From Terriglobia bacterium (GTDB lineage: Bacteria > Acidobacteriota > Terriglobia > JAJPHL01), in NCBI GenBank assembly GCA_021325275.1, contig JAJPHL010000035.1, forward strand, positions 54,916 to 118,915: DNA of 64,000 nt, given 5' to 3'. The stretch's first letter is position 1; every line of letters begins with the position of its first letter. The position numbers were made by a program, and so were the translations under genes. The notes below the pieces were generated by a model that was not told the origin of the DNA, ran no database searches, and saw only the letters and a list, made by a program, of their open reading frames with translations. Of this stretch, positions 49,029 to 58,798 are shown one piece after another.

Positions 49029-50640
49029 TAACCCCATCGAGACATATAAGGCGGCACTGGGCGGCCATCCGCTGCGAATTCGGGAGCACGTCCCGCGCAT
49101 CATCGCCGAGACCGCCGGCTTGGCGGCAGATGACTGGGACAAACTTGCGCCCTCCGATAAAGAAATGCTGAAATGGCTGGGCGTCTTCTTCCGCAAGCCG
49201 ACGCCCGGCAAGTTCATGATGCGCATCCGTATGCCCAACGGATTCGCCACCAGCGCGCAACTGGCCGCCATCGCCGATTTGTCCAAAAAGCTGGGCGACA
49301 ATACCGTCGACGTCACCACGCGCCAGCAACTGGAACTGCGCGGTTTCACGCTCCAAGGACTGCCCGAGATTTGGGAACGCCTGCGCGGTCTCGATTTGCG
49401 CTCGCTACAAACCGGGCAAGACAACGTCCGCAATCTGAATGGTTGCGCACTCGCTGGATTGACCCCGCACGAATTGCTGGATGCTTCTTCCATCGTCTTC
49501 GAGTTGGATCGCATCATTGTCGGCAAAGAAGGCAATCCGGAATACGCCAACCTGCCGCGGAAATTCAACGTGGTGGTGACCGGCTGCCGCGAAAACTGCA
49601 CGCACGCCGAAACGCAAGACGTCGCGCTCATTCCAGCCAGCAAGGATGGCCGCCTGGGATTCCATGTGCTGGCCGGCGGGAAAATGGGATCGGGCGGTTT
49701 CACGATCGCCAAGAACCTCGACTGGTTCGTTCCGCCGGAGCGCGCCGTGGAGACGGTTTTGGCGATCGTCCAACTGTTTCGCGACGAGGGTCCGCGCGAC
49801 GCGCGCACAAAAGTCCGTCTGGCGTTTCTCATCGCGGATTGGGGGTTGGAATCGTTCAAGGAGAAAGTGCGGGCGCGGTTGAACTGGGAGCCGGAGCCGC
49901 GCGGCGAGGATGCCCGATCCAAGAGGCACAACGATCATCTCGGAGTGCAGGAGCAGCGCGCGAGCGATCTTTGTTCGGTCGGCTTGGTGATTCCCGTCGG
50001 CCGCACAAGGCCCGCCGGATTGCGCGAACTCGCTCGTCTGGCCGATGAATACGGCAACGGCGAAGTCCGCCTGACCACGGCGCAGAACGCCATCATCGTG
50101 AATGTTCCGCGCGGACGCGTAGAAAGACTCTTGGCGGAACCGCTCTTGAAAGAATGGCCCGCCGCGCCCTCGCGTTTTCAACGAGGCTTAGTAAGTTGCG
50201 TCGGCACCGAATACTGCAATCTGGCGCTGATCGACACCAAGAATCGCTCGATGGAAGTGTCGCGCGCGCTGGACCAAATGCTCGGCGGACAAACCGAAGC
50301 GGGCGACGCCCCAACCATTCATTGGTCGGGATGTCCGGCTGGATGCGGCAACCACGCCGTGGCGGATATCGGCTTGCGCGGCACCAAAGTCAACGTGAAT
50401 GGCGAAAGCAAAGACGCCGTGGCGATCTACGTGGGCGGCCGGAGCGGCCCACAATCGCGCGCCGCCACTCAAATCATGGACCTGGTGCCCTGCGACGAAG
50501 TGTTGCCGGACGTTTTGGCCACCGTGATTCGTCATCTGGACTTGTTCAAAAAAGTGCAGCGCGATCCCGAAGCGAAGTCGCGCGTGCTGATGGTACCGGA
50601 AGAGCAATCTTTTCCCAGCGAAGGGAGTTGTACGGAATGA
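49015..50640 (+). CDS. nirA: Ferredoxin-dependent assimilatory nitrite reductase (siroheme)
   Basis: FMMRIRMPNG, TTRQQLELR, DNVRN and NLPRKF motifs; Cys ligands CVGTEYC and GCPAGC; FNT and PII neighbours. Confidence 0.88.
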   Translation: MQPGNNPIETYKAALGGHPLRIREHVPRIIAETAGLAADDWDKLAPSDKEMLKWLGVFFRKPTPGKFMMRIRMPNGFATSAQLAAIADLSKKLGDNTVDVTTRQQLELRGFTLQGLPEIWERLRGLDLRSLQTGQDNVRNLNGCALAGLTPHELLDASSIVFELDRIIVGKEGNPEYANLPRKFNVVVTGCRENCTHAETQDVALIPASKDGRLGFHVLAGGKMGSGGFTIAKNLDWFVPPERAVETVLAIVQLFRDEGPRDARTKVRLAFLIADWGLESFKEKVRARLNWEPEPRGEDARSKRHNDHLGVQEQRASDLCSVGLVIPVGRTRPAGLRELARLADEYGNGEVRLTTAQNAIIVNVPRGRVERLLAEPLLKEWPAAPSRFQRGLVSCVGTEYCNLALIDTKNRSMEVSRALDQMLGGQTEAGDAPTIHWSGCPAGCGNHAVADIGLRGTKVNVNGESKDAVAIYVGGRSGPQSRAATQIMDLVPCDEVLPDVLATVIRHLDLFKKVQRDPEAKSRVLMVPEEQSFPSEGSCTE

Positions 50641-50954
50641 AGATGATTCGCGCCATGATCCGGCCGGAGAACGAAGAGTTGGTGACGCAGGCGTTGGATG
50701 AAGCCAACATCGCCGGGTTCACCAAGTGGGACGTCTTGGGACGCGGCAAACAGAAGGGAATTCAAGTCGGCGCCGCGGTCTATCCCGAAATTCCGAAGCT
50801 CAGTCTGCTTCTGGTGGTGGAAGACGAGCAAGTGCCGAAGGTGGTGCAAGCGATTCAAAAGGGCGCGCGCACCGGGCATCCCGGCGATGGACGCATCTTC
50901 GTCAGCGACGTGGATTCCGCTTACACAATTCGAACCGGAAAAACTGAACGATAG
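50637..50954 (+). CDS. PII-family nitrogen regulator (NifI1-like)
   Basis: 105 aa: MKMIRAMIRPE, LGRGKQKGI, EIPKL, RTGHPGDGRIFV, AYTIRTG; ATGA overlap with nirA. Confidence 0.92.
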   Translation: MKMIRAMIRPENEELVTQALDEANIAGFTKWDVLGRGKQKGIQVGAAVYPEIPKLSLLLVVEDEQVPKVVQAIQKGARTGHPGDGRIFVSDVDSAYTIRTGKTER

Positions 50955-50964
50955 AGAGGACGTT

Positions 50965-51825
50965 ATGGCAGACGATTACGTAAAACCCAATGAACTGATG
51001 GCCGAAGCCTTGGCCGCCGCGGAGCGTAAAGCCGCGTTGCCGGTGCGCGATCTTCTGCTGCGCGGCGCACTGGCCGGCGCTTTTCTCGGCTATGCGACGT
51101 CGCTGGTATTCGTGGTGGTATCGCAGGGCGTCGCGCCGATCGTCGGCGCGATTCTTTTTCCGGTGGGCTTCGTGATTCTTGTGTTGCTGGGCTTGGAACT
51201 CGCCACCGGAAATTTTGCGATCCTCACGCAAGGGTGTTTGTCGGGGCGAGTGCGCGGCTCCGGTTTATTGCGCAATTGGGCGTGGGTCTATCTCGGCAAT
51301 CTGCTGGGCAGCATGTTCTACGCCGCGCTCTTCTATGCGGCGATCACGAGTTTCGGCGCCACCGATGGCGGTCCGCTGGGCGAATTGGTGCGTCAAGCCG
51401 CGCAGAAGAAGACGCTGGCCTATGCCGCGCTCGGCACACGCGGTTGGGCCACGGCATTCGTCAAAGCAATACTCTGCAACTGGATGGTGACACTCGGCAC
51501 GATGCTGGCCTTTGTGTCGCGCTCCACGCTGGGCAAGATCGCCGCGATGTGGCTGCCCATTCTGACGTTCTTCGCGCACGGCTATGAACACTCCATCGTC
51601 AACATGTTCGTGATCCCCGCGGGGATGCTGCTGAAAGCTCCGATCTCGCCGGCCACTTGGTGGCTCTGGAATCAGATTCCCGTGACGTTGGGAAACATCC
51701 TGGGCGGCGCAGTCTTAACGGCATGGGCTTTGCACCTGACCTATCAACAACCCGCGCCGTCGCGATTGGAAAAAACGGAGCTTGCCGCCATCCCGGTGGC
51801 CATCCCACTCTCATCGGAGGAATAA
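50965..51825 (+). CDS. Formate/nitrite transporter (NirC-like)
   Basis: FPVG, LELATGN, GNLLG, AILCNWMV, GYEHSIVNM and VTLGNILGG motifs. Confidence 0.92.
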   Translation: MADDYVKPNELMAEALAAAERKAALPVRDLLLRGALAGAFLGYATSLVFVVVSQGVAPIVGAILFPVGFVILVLLGLELATGNFAILTQGCLSGRVRGSGLLRNWAWVYLGNLLGSMFYAALFYAAITSFGATDGGPLGELVRQAAQKKTLAYAALGTRGWATAFVKAILCNWMVTLGTMLAFVSRSTLGKIAAMWLPILTFFAHGYEHSIVNMFVIPAGMLLKAPISPATWWLWNQIPVTLGNILGGAVLTAWALHLTYQQPAPSRLEKTELAAIPVAIPLSSEE

Positions 51826-51827
51826 TT

Positions 51828-53219
51828 ATGTCCCTACGGCCCGTTCTCTCGCTGGTGGTGTGCGCGACGTGCTTGATTGTCGCGGTTGGAGCGTCCGCCC
51901 AGGATTCCGCCGTCGTTCTGGCGCGTATCCTGGCCGAAAAAGGAATCATCACCAAGAGCGACTTGGCGCGGGTCGAGTCGGCCGGCGGCGACAAGTCGCA
52001 AGTCTTGACGCAAGTCGCAGCTTCCGCTCTCACGCAGAAGGAGAAGCCCCCGGCGGCGGTCGCTGCTTCCTCGGCGGCATCCTCCCCGGCTGAGAAAACC
52101 GCAAACGGGCCGATCACTTTTTACGGGTCAATCCTCTGGAACTCTTACCTGAACACTTCGCTCACCAACAACGCCGATGTTCCGCTGTTTGCTGGAAAGC
52201 AAGGGTCGGACGCGGCCGGCAATGACAAGAATTTCGGCATGACAGTCCGGCAATCGCGCCTGGGCTTGCGCTTTAACGGACCTGAAGTGGCCGGCGCGAA
52301 GTCGAGCGCCGTTGTGGAAACCGATTTCTTCGGCGGTCAAGCGTCGCTGGCCAACGGCATCGCCATGGATCTTGTTCGGCTGCGTCTGGCGTATGGAAGA
52401 TTGGATTGGACCAGCGCATCGCTCGTCGCCGGACAAGATTGGTCGGTGTTCGCGCCGCTCAACCCGACGTCATTGGCAAGTTTTGCGATTCCCGCGATGG
52501 CGGCCTCGGGCAATCCCTGGAGCAGGACGCCGCAAGTGCGCGGCGAATGGCGGGACAAATCGCTTCTGTGGCAGATGGCCGCCACCGATCCCAACATCGG
52601 CGACTATCCGGCCGCTTTCGCCACTTCGCGCACGCCGGCGATCGGCGAACGTGGACGCTTGCCTGCATTCGATTCCCGGTTGGCTTGGACGCACCGCATG
52701 AATGGACAACAAGCTTCACTCGGCGTGAGCTCGCACTATAGCCGCGGCAAAAACGCCGGCGCGATCGGCACGCGCAATGTGGAACAAGGTGTCGATTCCT
52801 GGGGAGTGGCGCTCGATTACATTGTTCCCTTGCATCGGCGATTGATATTGTCGGGCGAGATCTTCGAGGGCCGCGCCCTGGGCGCCTTCAGCGTCGGCCT
52901 GGGACAAGGCGTATTGGCCGTGGGAACCCCCGGCGCGCACGGCGTGGGAGCGGCCGGCGGGTGGAGTCAGGCGCAAATCCAACTGTCGCCGCGCTGGCAA
53001 TGGAACACGTCGTATGGTTTGGAGTCGGACGAAGCCGCCAATCTGACGGCGGGCGCCCGGAACCGCAACTCAACGCTGATGACCAACTTGATGTACAAGC
53101 TCTCGCCGCAATTCACCGTAGCGGGAGAATACCGGCGGTTGTTCACCGATTTCTACAATCAGCAACCGTTCAACGAACGCGGCGATCATTTCAACCTGGC
53201 GGTCGGGTACATTTTCTAA
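51828..53219 (+). CDS. Outer-membrane beta-barrel porin (DcaP-like)
   Basis: Signal peptide, LAEKGIIT helical N-domain, RQSRLG, ETDFFG, RLRLAY, GQDW, terminal Phe. Confidence 0.75.
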   Translation: MSLRPVLSLVVCATCLIVAVGASAQDSAVVLARILAEKGIITKSDLARVESAGGDKSQVLTQVAASALTQKEKPPAAVAASSAASSPAEKTANGPITFYGSILWNSYLNTSLTNNADVPLFAGKQGSDAAGNDKNFGMTVRQSRLGLRFNGPEVAGAKSSAVVETDFFGGQASLANGIAMDLVRLRLAYGRLDWTSASLVAGQDWSVFAPLNPTSLASFAIPAMAASGNPWSRTPQVRGEWRDKSLLWQMAATDPNIGDYPAAFATSRTPAIGERGRLPAFDSRLAWTHRMNGQQASLGVSSHYSRGKNAGAIGTRNVEQGVDSWGVALDYIVPLHRRLILSGEIFEGRALGAFSVGLGQGVLAVGTPGAHGVGAAGGWSQAQIQLSPRWQWNTSYGLESDEAANLTAGARNRNSTLMTNLMYKLSPQFTVAGEYRRLFTDFYNQQPFNERGDHFNLAVGYIF

Positions 53220-53237
53220 TTATGGAGTGCGGCGGAA

Positions 53238-54239
53238 TTAGTCCACGTGCGCGTCGCGCAGGAACGCCGCTGCTTCTTCCGGTGGCGTGGGATTAATGTA
53301 GAATCCCGTTCCCCATTCGAATTCCGCGACTTTCGTGAGCTTGGGCATCAACTCGATGTGCCAGTGATAATAATCGTTGGTCGACTCCATCACCGGCGAC
53401 GTGTGGATCACTAGGTTGTACGCCGGGGATTCCAGCGCCTGATTCAACTTGCCGAGCACGTTTTTCAGCGCGCGCGCCAATCCTTCGTAGTGACCCGAAG
53501 GCGAGTTCTCCACCGCCGACTCGTGCTGCTTCGGTAGAATACACGTCTCGAACGGGAAACGCGGCGCCCACGGCGCAACGGTGAGAAAATCCGTGGAGTC
53601 TTCGATCACGCGCACCTGCGATTGCAATTCCTGGCGGATGATGTCGCAAAAAATGCAACGTTCTTTTTGACCGTAAAACGCCTTCGCCCCGTCCATCTCC
53701 TCGCGCACATAGCTCGGCACAATCGGCAGCGCGATCAACTGGCTGTGCGGATGTTCCAACGACGCGCCGGCCGGTTCGCCGTGATTCTTGAAAATTAAAA
53801 TGTAGCGGAAACGTTTGTCTTTTTTCAGATCGAGAATGCGATCGCGAAACGCCCACAACACGTCTTCCACGCCTTTCAGGGGCAGCGTGGCCAGCGATTG
53901 CATGTGGTCCGGCGACTCGATGATCACTTCATGCGCGCCGATGCCGTTCATCTTGTCGAACATGCCTTCGCCGCGCCGCGCCAATTCGCCTTCGATGCCA
54001 AGCGCGGGAAATTTATTCGGCACTACGCGCACGGTCCAGCCGGGCGTGTTCGGCGCGCCGCCGTTCGGGCGATAGGCCATGATCTCGCGCGGCGTGCGGT
54101 CTTCTTGTCCCGGACAAAATGGGCAGAAGCCGCCTTGCGGCACGACTTTTTCGCGTAAGAAATCGCTGGGACGGCGCGCGCGATCGGTGGAAATAATCAC
54201 CCAGCGCCCCGTCACCGGGTCCTTGCGTAACTCGGGCAT
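53238..54239 (-). CDS. galT: Galactose-1-phosphate uridylyltransferase
   Basis: MPELRKDP, CPFCPG, NKFPA, GASLEHPHSQ and FEWGTG motifs. Confidence 0.93.
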   Translation of the reverse strand: MPELRKDPVTGRWVIISTDRARRPSDFLREKVVPQGGFCPFCPGQEDRTPREIMAYRPNGGAPNTPGWTVRVVPNKFPALGIEGELARRGEGMFDKMNGIGAHEVIIESPDHMQSLATLPLKGVEDVLWAFRDRILDLKKDKRFRYILIFKNHGEPAGASLEHPHSQLIALPIVPSYVREEMDGAKAFYGQKERCIFCDIIRQELQSQVRVIEDSTDFLTVAPWAPRFPFETCILPKQHESAVENSPSGHYEGLARALKNVLGKLNQALESPAYNLVIHTSPVMESTNDYYHWHIELMPKLTKVAEFEWGTGFYINPTPPEEAAAFLRDAHVD

Positions 54240-54763
54240 TACTTGACGACCTCCAACTCAAAAGTAATCACCTTGCCTCGAACCAGAAAACACAAATAGT
54301 ATTCCCAGAAGCGCCGGAAGCGCCGCGAATGATTCACCAGGAACTCGAATCCCAGCCAGCGCCAGAACGCCAGCAAGCGCACGTGCACGCGGCGTTCTTT
54401 CAATTTGTCCTTCGTGTAGTAGCCAAACCCGGCGTTATCGTCACCAAAGTGCCGAAAGCTGAAACTGTTCAAATGCCATCGATGCGTGGGATCGCACCAC
54501 GAACTGAAATCGGTGTAGTGCGGTGTGACGAGCACAATCACACCGCCGGGACGCGCCAGGCGATGCAATTCCTTCATCGTGGCCATCACGTCGCCCACGT
54601 GTTCGATCACGTGCACGCCGCGGATTTCCTCGAAGACGCTGTCGCGGAACGGATACGGTGGACGATCCAAATCGCACAGCACGTCGGCGGCGGTGTCGGG
54701 ATTGTTGTCGATGCCGATCGAACCGGGATATTTGTTGCGTCCACAACCGATGTCGAGAATCAC
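54239..54763 (-). CDS. Class I SAM-dependent methyltransferase
   Basis: LDIGCG, HVIEH and DPTH motifs; TAATG overlap with galT. Confidence 0.82.
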   Translation of the reverse strand: MILDIGCGRNKYPGSIGIDNNPDTAADVLCDLDRPPYPFRDSVFEEIRGVHVIEHVGDVMATMKELHRLARPGGVIVLVTPHYTDFSSWCDPTHRWHLNSFSFRHFGDDNAGFGYYTKDKLKERRVHVRLLAFWRWLGFEFLVNHSRRFRRFWEYYLCFLVRGKVITFELEVVK

Positions 54764-54772
54764 GAAGAAGAT

Positions 54773-54806
54773 TTCACCACAAAGACACTAAGAACACAAA
54801 GAAAAC
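54773..54806 (+). repeat. Half repeat CACCACAAAGACACTAAGAACACAAAGAAAACC (related copy at ~12608-12641)
   Basis: Same unit architecture as caaccagaaagacacaaaggacacaaagaaaacc after trpD. Confidence 0.6.
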
Positions 54807-54921
54807 CGCGCGGCGCCCAGCGACAGCGCGGGGGCGGCGGCGATGGCGGATGAATCCTTATCGCACTTCGCGGCATCTGATAGATTTACGCAAGGGAGAT
54901 TTCAACCAGGGAGGATTTGTC

Positions 54922-55827
54922 ATGTCCATTCGTCCCGTGAAAAAACTATCCAAGGCCCAACCGACACTGGAGGGCGCGGGCGTGCATCTGCGGCGCGCGT
55001 TCGGTTTTCACAACACTTCGGACTACGATCCGTTTCTGCTGTTCGACGATTTCCGCAACGACGTTCCGCGCGATTATCTCGCGGGATTCCCCTGGCACCC
55101 GCATCGCGGCATCGAGACGATCACGTACGTGCTCGCGGGAACCGTGGAGCACGGCGACAGCATGGGGAATCGCGGCGCTATCGGCGCGGGCGACGTGCAG
55201 TGGATGACCGCGGGCAGCGGCATCATCCATCAGGAAATGCCCAAGGGCGACAACGTGGGGCGCATGCACGGTTTTCAGTTGTGGGCGAACTTGCCGGCGT
55301 CGATGAAAATGACTCCGCCACGCTATCAAGAAGTGAAGACCGGGGACATTCCGGAAATCACCGACGACGACGGCACGCAAGTGCGCCTGGTGTGCGGAAG
55401 TTTTTGGGGCCGGCGCGGACCGGTGGACGGAATCGCGGCCGATCCCATTTACATCGACGTGTCGGTGCCGCCGGGCGTGCGCCGGACTCTGCCTGTAGAA
55501 ACTTCCCGGCATGCTTTTGCTTATGTCTTTTCCGGCGCGGGGAAATTCTGCAACGCCTCGGGACCGCTCGCGGTGCCGACCGAAGGAGTCGGCTGGGCCG
55601 ACACAACGCCGCCGGCCGACGCCGGCAATCGCTCGTTGATCCTGTTCGATCGCGGCGACGAAGTGGAAGTGCAGGCCGGTGAGGACGGCATCCGCTTTTT
55701 GTTGGTTTCCGGAAAACCGCTGCAAGAACCGGTCGCGTGGTACGGACCAATCGTGATGAACACGCAGCAGCAACTTCAGCAGGCCTACCAGGAATTGGAA
55801 AAAGGCACGTTCTTGAAAACGAAATGA
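54922..55827 (+). CDS. Pirin family protein
   Basis: DPFLLFD, HPHRGIETITY, QWMTAGSGIIHQE and QLWANLP motifs; GGAGG RBS. Confidence 0.94.
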   Translation: MSIRPVKKLSKAQPTLEGAGVHLRRAFGFHNTSDYDPFLLFDDFRNDVPRDYLAGFPWHPHRGIETITYVLAGTVEHGDSMGNRGAIGAGDVQWMTAGSGIIHQEMPKGDNVGRMHGFQLWANLPASMKMTPPRYQEVKTGDIPEITDDDGTQVRLVCGSFWGRRGPVDGIAADPIYIDVSVPPGVRRTLPVETSRHAFAYVFSGAGKFCNASGPLAVPTEGVGWADTTPPADAGNRSLILFDRGDEVEVQAGEDGIRFLLVSGKPLQEPVAWYGPIVMNTQQQLQQAYQELEKGTFLKTK

Positions 55828-56771
55828 CACTCGTCGTCATCGCCGATCCCGGCGCACCCTACTTGCGCCTCCTGGAACGGCTTCCCAAAGACGTGTGCGT
55901 CCAGGTCGGCAGCGATCCGGCGTTTCTGCGCGAAGCGGCCGCGGGCGCCGACGTGCTTCTGAGCGACATCACCGGCGGATCGCTCGAACCGGTCTTCGTG
56001 CACGCGAAAAACGTGCGCTGGGTTCACTCGCTCGCCGCGGGCGTCGACAAGATTCTGTTCCCGGCGCTCATCGAGAGTCCCGTGCCGCTGACGAATTCGC
56101 GCGGCGTATTCAAAGACGCGCTGGCCGAGTTCGTCATCGCCGCGATTTTGTTTTTCGCCAAGGATCTGCGGCGTTTGGTGCGACAACAGGAAGCTCACGT
56201 TTGGGATCAATTCGACATTCCCATGGTCCGCGGACAAGTTCTCGGCATCATCGGCTACGGCGAGATCGGACGCGCCACGGCAAAACTGGCGGCCGCGCTC
56301 GGGATGCGCGTGGTTGCGATGCGGCGGTGCGACGCGCCGGTGGAAGCGCCGGTGGAACGCGTCTACGCCCGCGAAGAATTGCACGCCATGCTCGCGGCTT
56401 GCGACTACGTTGTGCTCTGCGCGCCGCTTACGCCCGAAACGCGCGGCGTGATCGACGGGGCGGCATTGCGCGCCATGAAGTCAAGCGCGGTGCTGATCAA
56501 TATTGGCCGTGGACCGCTGGTGGTCGAAGCGGATTTGATCGGGGCACTCGCCAATCGCCTCCGGGGAGCCGCGCTCGACGTGTACGATCGAGAACCGCTG
56601 CCGCCAGACCATCCTTATTACACCATGGGGAACGTGCTGCTCTCGCCGCATTCGGCCGACCACGCGGTCGGCTGGGCGTCATGGTCGATGCTGAAGTTTT
56701 TGGAAAACTTTGAGCGTTTCTACAACGGCCGTGAACTATTGAACGTGGTCGACAAGCGCGCCGGTTACTGA
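55824..56771 (+). CDS. D-2-hydroxyacid dehydrogenase
   Basis: GYGEIG, PLTPET, INIGRG, AALDV..EPL and SPH motifs. Confidence 0.92.
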   Translation: MTLVVIADPGAPYLRLLERLPKDVCVQVGSDPAFLREAAAGADVLLSDITGGSLEPVFVHAKNVRWVHSLAAGVDKILFPALIESPVPLTNSRGVFKDALAEFVIAAILFFAKDLRRLVRQQEAHVWDQFDIPMVRGQVLGIIGYGEIGRATAKLAAALGMRVVAMRRCDAPVEAPVERVYAREELHAMLAACDYVVLCAPLTPETRGVIDGAALRAMKSSAVLINIGRGPLVVEADLIGALANRLRGAALDVYDREPLPPDHPYYTMGNVLLSPHSADHAVGWASWSMLKFLENFERFYNGRELLNVVDKRAGY

Positions 56772-57475
56772 ACGGCTTCCTGCGCCTTACGCTGCGTCCA
56801 CAGTTTCACGCCGCCGAGTAATCCCGCGATGTTCGGAACGATTTGGGTTTTCGGCGGCAGCGCGCCTTCGATCTTGGCGGCATTCCCGCCGCCGATATAG
56901 AGGCGATCGTAGTTGAAAAGCGCTTCCATCGTCGCGATCGCTTGGCGCAGACGCTTGTTCCACTTCTTGCGTCCCAATTTTTTCAAGCCCTTTTTGCCCA
57001 GCAGATCTTCGTAACTCTGGTTATCGCGAAATGGATGATGGCCGAGTTCGATGTTCGGCACCATCATGCCTTCCACAAACAGCGCCGATCCCATCCCGGT
57101 GCCGAGCGTGATCACCATTTCTACGCCGCGTCCCTTGATCGCGCCGAATCCTTGCATGTCGGCGTCGTTTGTTACCTGAACCGGTTTGTGCAAGCGCTTC
57201 TCGAGCTCGCGCTTCAAGTTGTGCAGCACCCAGCGGGGATGCAGATTCGCCGCCGTGTAGATCACGCCCTTGCGCACGACACCGGGAAATCCCACCGACA
57301 CGCGATCGAACGCGGGTTGCTTCGCGGCTTGCTCGCCAATCACTTTCATGCAAGCGGCGGGCGTCGCGGGATCGGGCGTAAGCGAGCGCAAACGTTCGCT
57401 GACCGGTTTTCCCCGTTGGTCGAGCACGATGGTTTTGATCCCCGTGCCACCGATGTCGATGCACAGGATCTTCAC
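56765..57475 (-). CDS. ROK-family kinase, polyphosphate glucokinase-like
   Basis: DIGGTGIK, VGFPGVV, NDAD, TLGTGMGSALF and PNIELGH motifs; GTG start overlaps the fucosidase stop. Confidence 0.85.
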   Translation of the reverse strand: MKILCIDIGGTGIKTIVLDQRGKPVSERLRSLTPDPATPAACMKVIGEQAAKQPAFDRVSVGFPGVVRKGVIYTAANLHPRWVLHNLKRELEKRLHKPVQVTNDADMQGFGAIKGRGVEMVITLGTGMGSALFVEGMMVPNIELGHHPFRDNQSYEDLLGKKGLKKLGRKKWNKRLRQAIATMEALFNYDRLYIGGGNAAKIEGALPPKTQIVPNIAGLLGGVKLWTQRKAQEAVQ

Positions 57476-58773
57476 TGCGCGAGCTCCACTTTCACGACGG
57501 TATCGTAGGGATCCCGTCCCTCGGGCAGCTTGAACACTTCGTGATCGAGATACGTCGAGTGACTCACAGCCGTGCCCCGGCCCAAGATTTGGGCGCTCTT
57601 CACGGCGCGCGGCAGTTTCGGAATCGCGATGACGGAATCGGGCCAATCGAAGATGTGCAGATAAACGACGTTGCCTTTTTGTGTGGTCACGCCCCAAGGA
57701 CGCGCCGTGATCGGGCCGGCCGTGGTTCCGTAAACACTCTCGCCGTTCCTCCCCATCCAATCGCCCACTTGCTGCAAGCGCTCGACAAATTCCGGTTGAA
57801 TCTTTCCATTCGGCATCGGGCCGATGTTCAGCAGGAAGTTGGCATTCAGCGCCGCGGCCTTCACCAAATACTGCACCAACTGACGCGGCGACTTGAATCG
57901 CTTGTCGCTCGAGTTATAGCCCCACGCGCCGTTGATCGTCTCGCAAGTTTCGAGCGGCAGTTCGCCCACTTTCGATTCGCTGTTGAAATCGGCGGTGTGC
58001 CCGCCCGGCAAATCCTTCTCGAACATTTGAAAATCTTCGCCGGGGTTCGGCAGGCGATGATGATTGTTGCCGATCAACGCGGCGGGCTGCAAATCGTGAA
58101 TCAATTGATAGGTTTGTCCCAATCGCCAATTCGCATCGGGACGATCCCACCAGCCGTCGAACCAGATTCCGCCAATCGGTCCATAGTTCGTGAGCAGTTC
58201 GCGGAGCTGGCCGTCCATGAAATCGAGATACTTGTTGAAGTCGCCGCTTTCGGGACGGCCCGCGGTCACGCCGGTGCCTCCGCGCGGAAAATAATCGGGC
58301 GAATGCCAATCGAGCTGCGAGTGATAGAAGAACAATTTAATGCCCTGGCGGCGGCATTCTTCCGCCAACATTTTCAGCGGGTCTTTCTTGTACGGTGTGG
58401 CGTCGACGATATTCCAAGGCGAGAGCTTCGTTTGGAACATCGCGAAGCCGTCGTGATGTTTGCTGGTGATGGTGATGTACTTCATGCCCGCGGCCTTCGC
58501 GAGCGAAACCCACTCGGCGGCGTTGAAGTCGGTGGGATTGAAGCGCGGGGCAAGCTTTTCGTACTCGGTGACGGGCATTTTGTCGTTGTTCATCACCCAT
58601 TCGCCCTTTCCCAGCACCGAGTAGACGCCCCAGTGAATGAACATGCCGAAGCGCGCTTGCTGGAACCATTGGCGCGCTTGCAAATTGTCAGGCGACGGGC
58701 GATATCCAGGTTGGGCCTGCAGCAGCAGAGAGAAAACACAGAGGAGAATCGCAAGACGTGCGGCGTGCTTCAT
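57472..58773 (-). CDS. Alpha-L-fucosidase (GH29)
   Basis: Signal peptide; FGMFIHWG, TSKHHDGF, IWFDG and LLNIGP motifs. Confidence 0.92.
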   Translation of the reverse strand: MKHAARLAILLCVFSLLLQAQPGYRPSPDNLQARQWFQQARFGMFIHWGVYSVLGKGEWVMNNDKMPVTEYEKLAPRFNPTDFNAAEWVSLAKAAGMKYITITSKHHDGFAMFQTKLSPWNIVDATPYKKDPLKMLAEECRRQGIKLFFYHSQLDWHSPDYFPRGGTGVTAGRPESGDFNKYLDFMDGQLRELLTNYGPIGGIWFDGWWDRPDANWRLGQTYQLIHDLQPAALIGNNHHRLPNPGEDFQMFEKDLPGGHTADFNSESKVGELPLETCETINGAWGYNSSDKRFKSPRQLVQYLVKAAALNANFLLNIGPMPNGKIQPEFVERLQQVGDWMGRNGESVYGTTAGPITARPWGVTTQKGNVVYLHIFDWPDSVIAIPKLPRAVKSAQILGRGTAVSHSTYLDHEVFKLPEGRDPYDTVVKVELAQ

Positions 58774-58798
58774 GCGCCGCATCGTATCATAGTTGACG

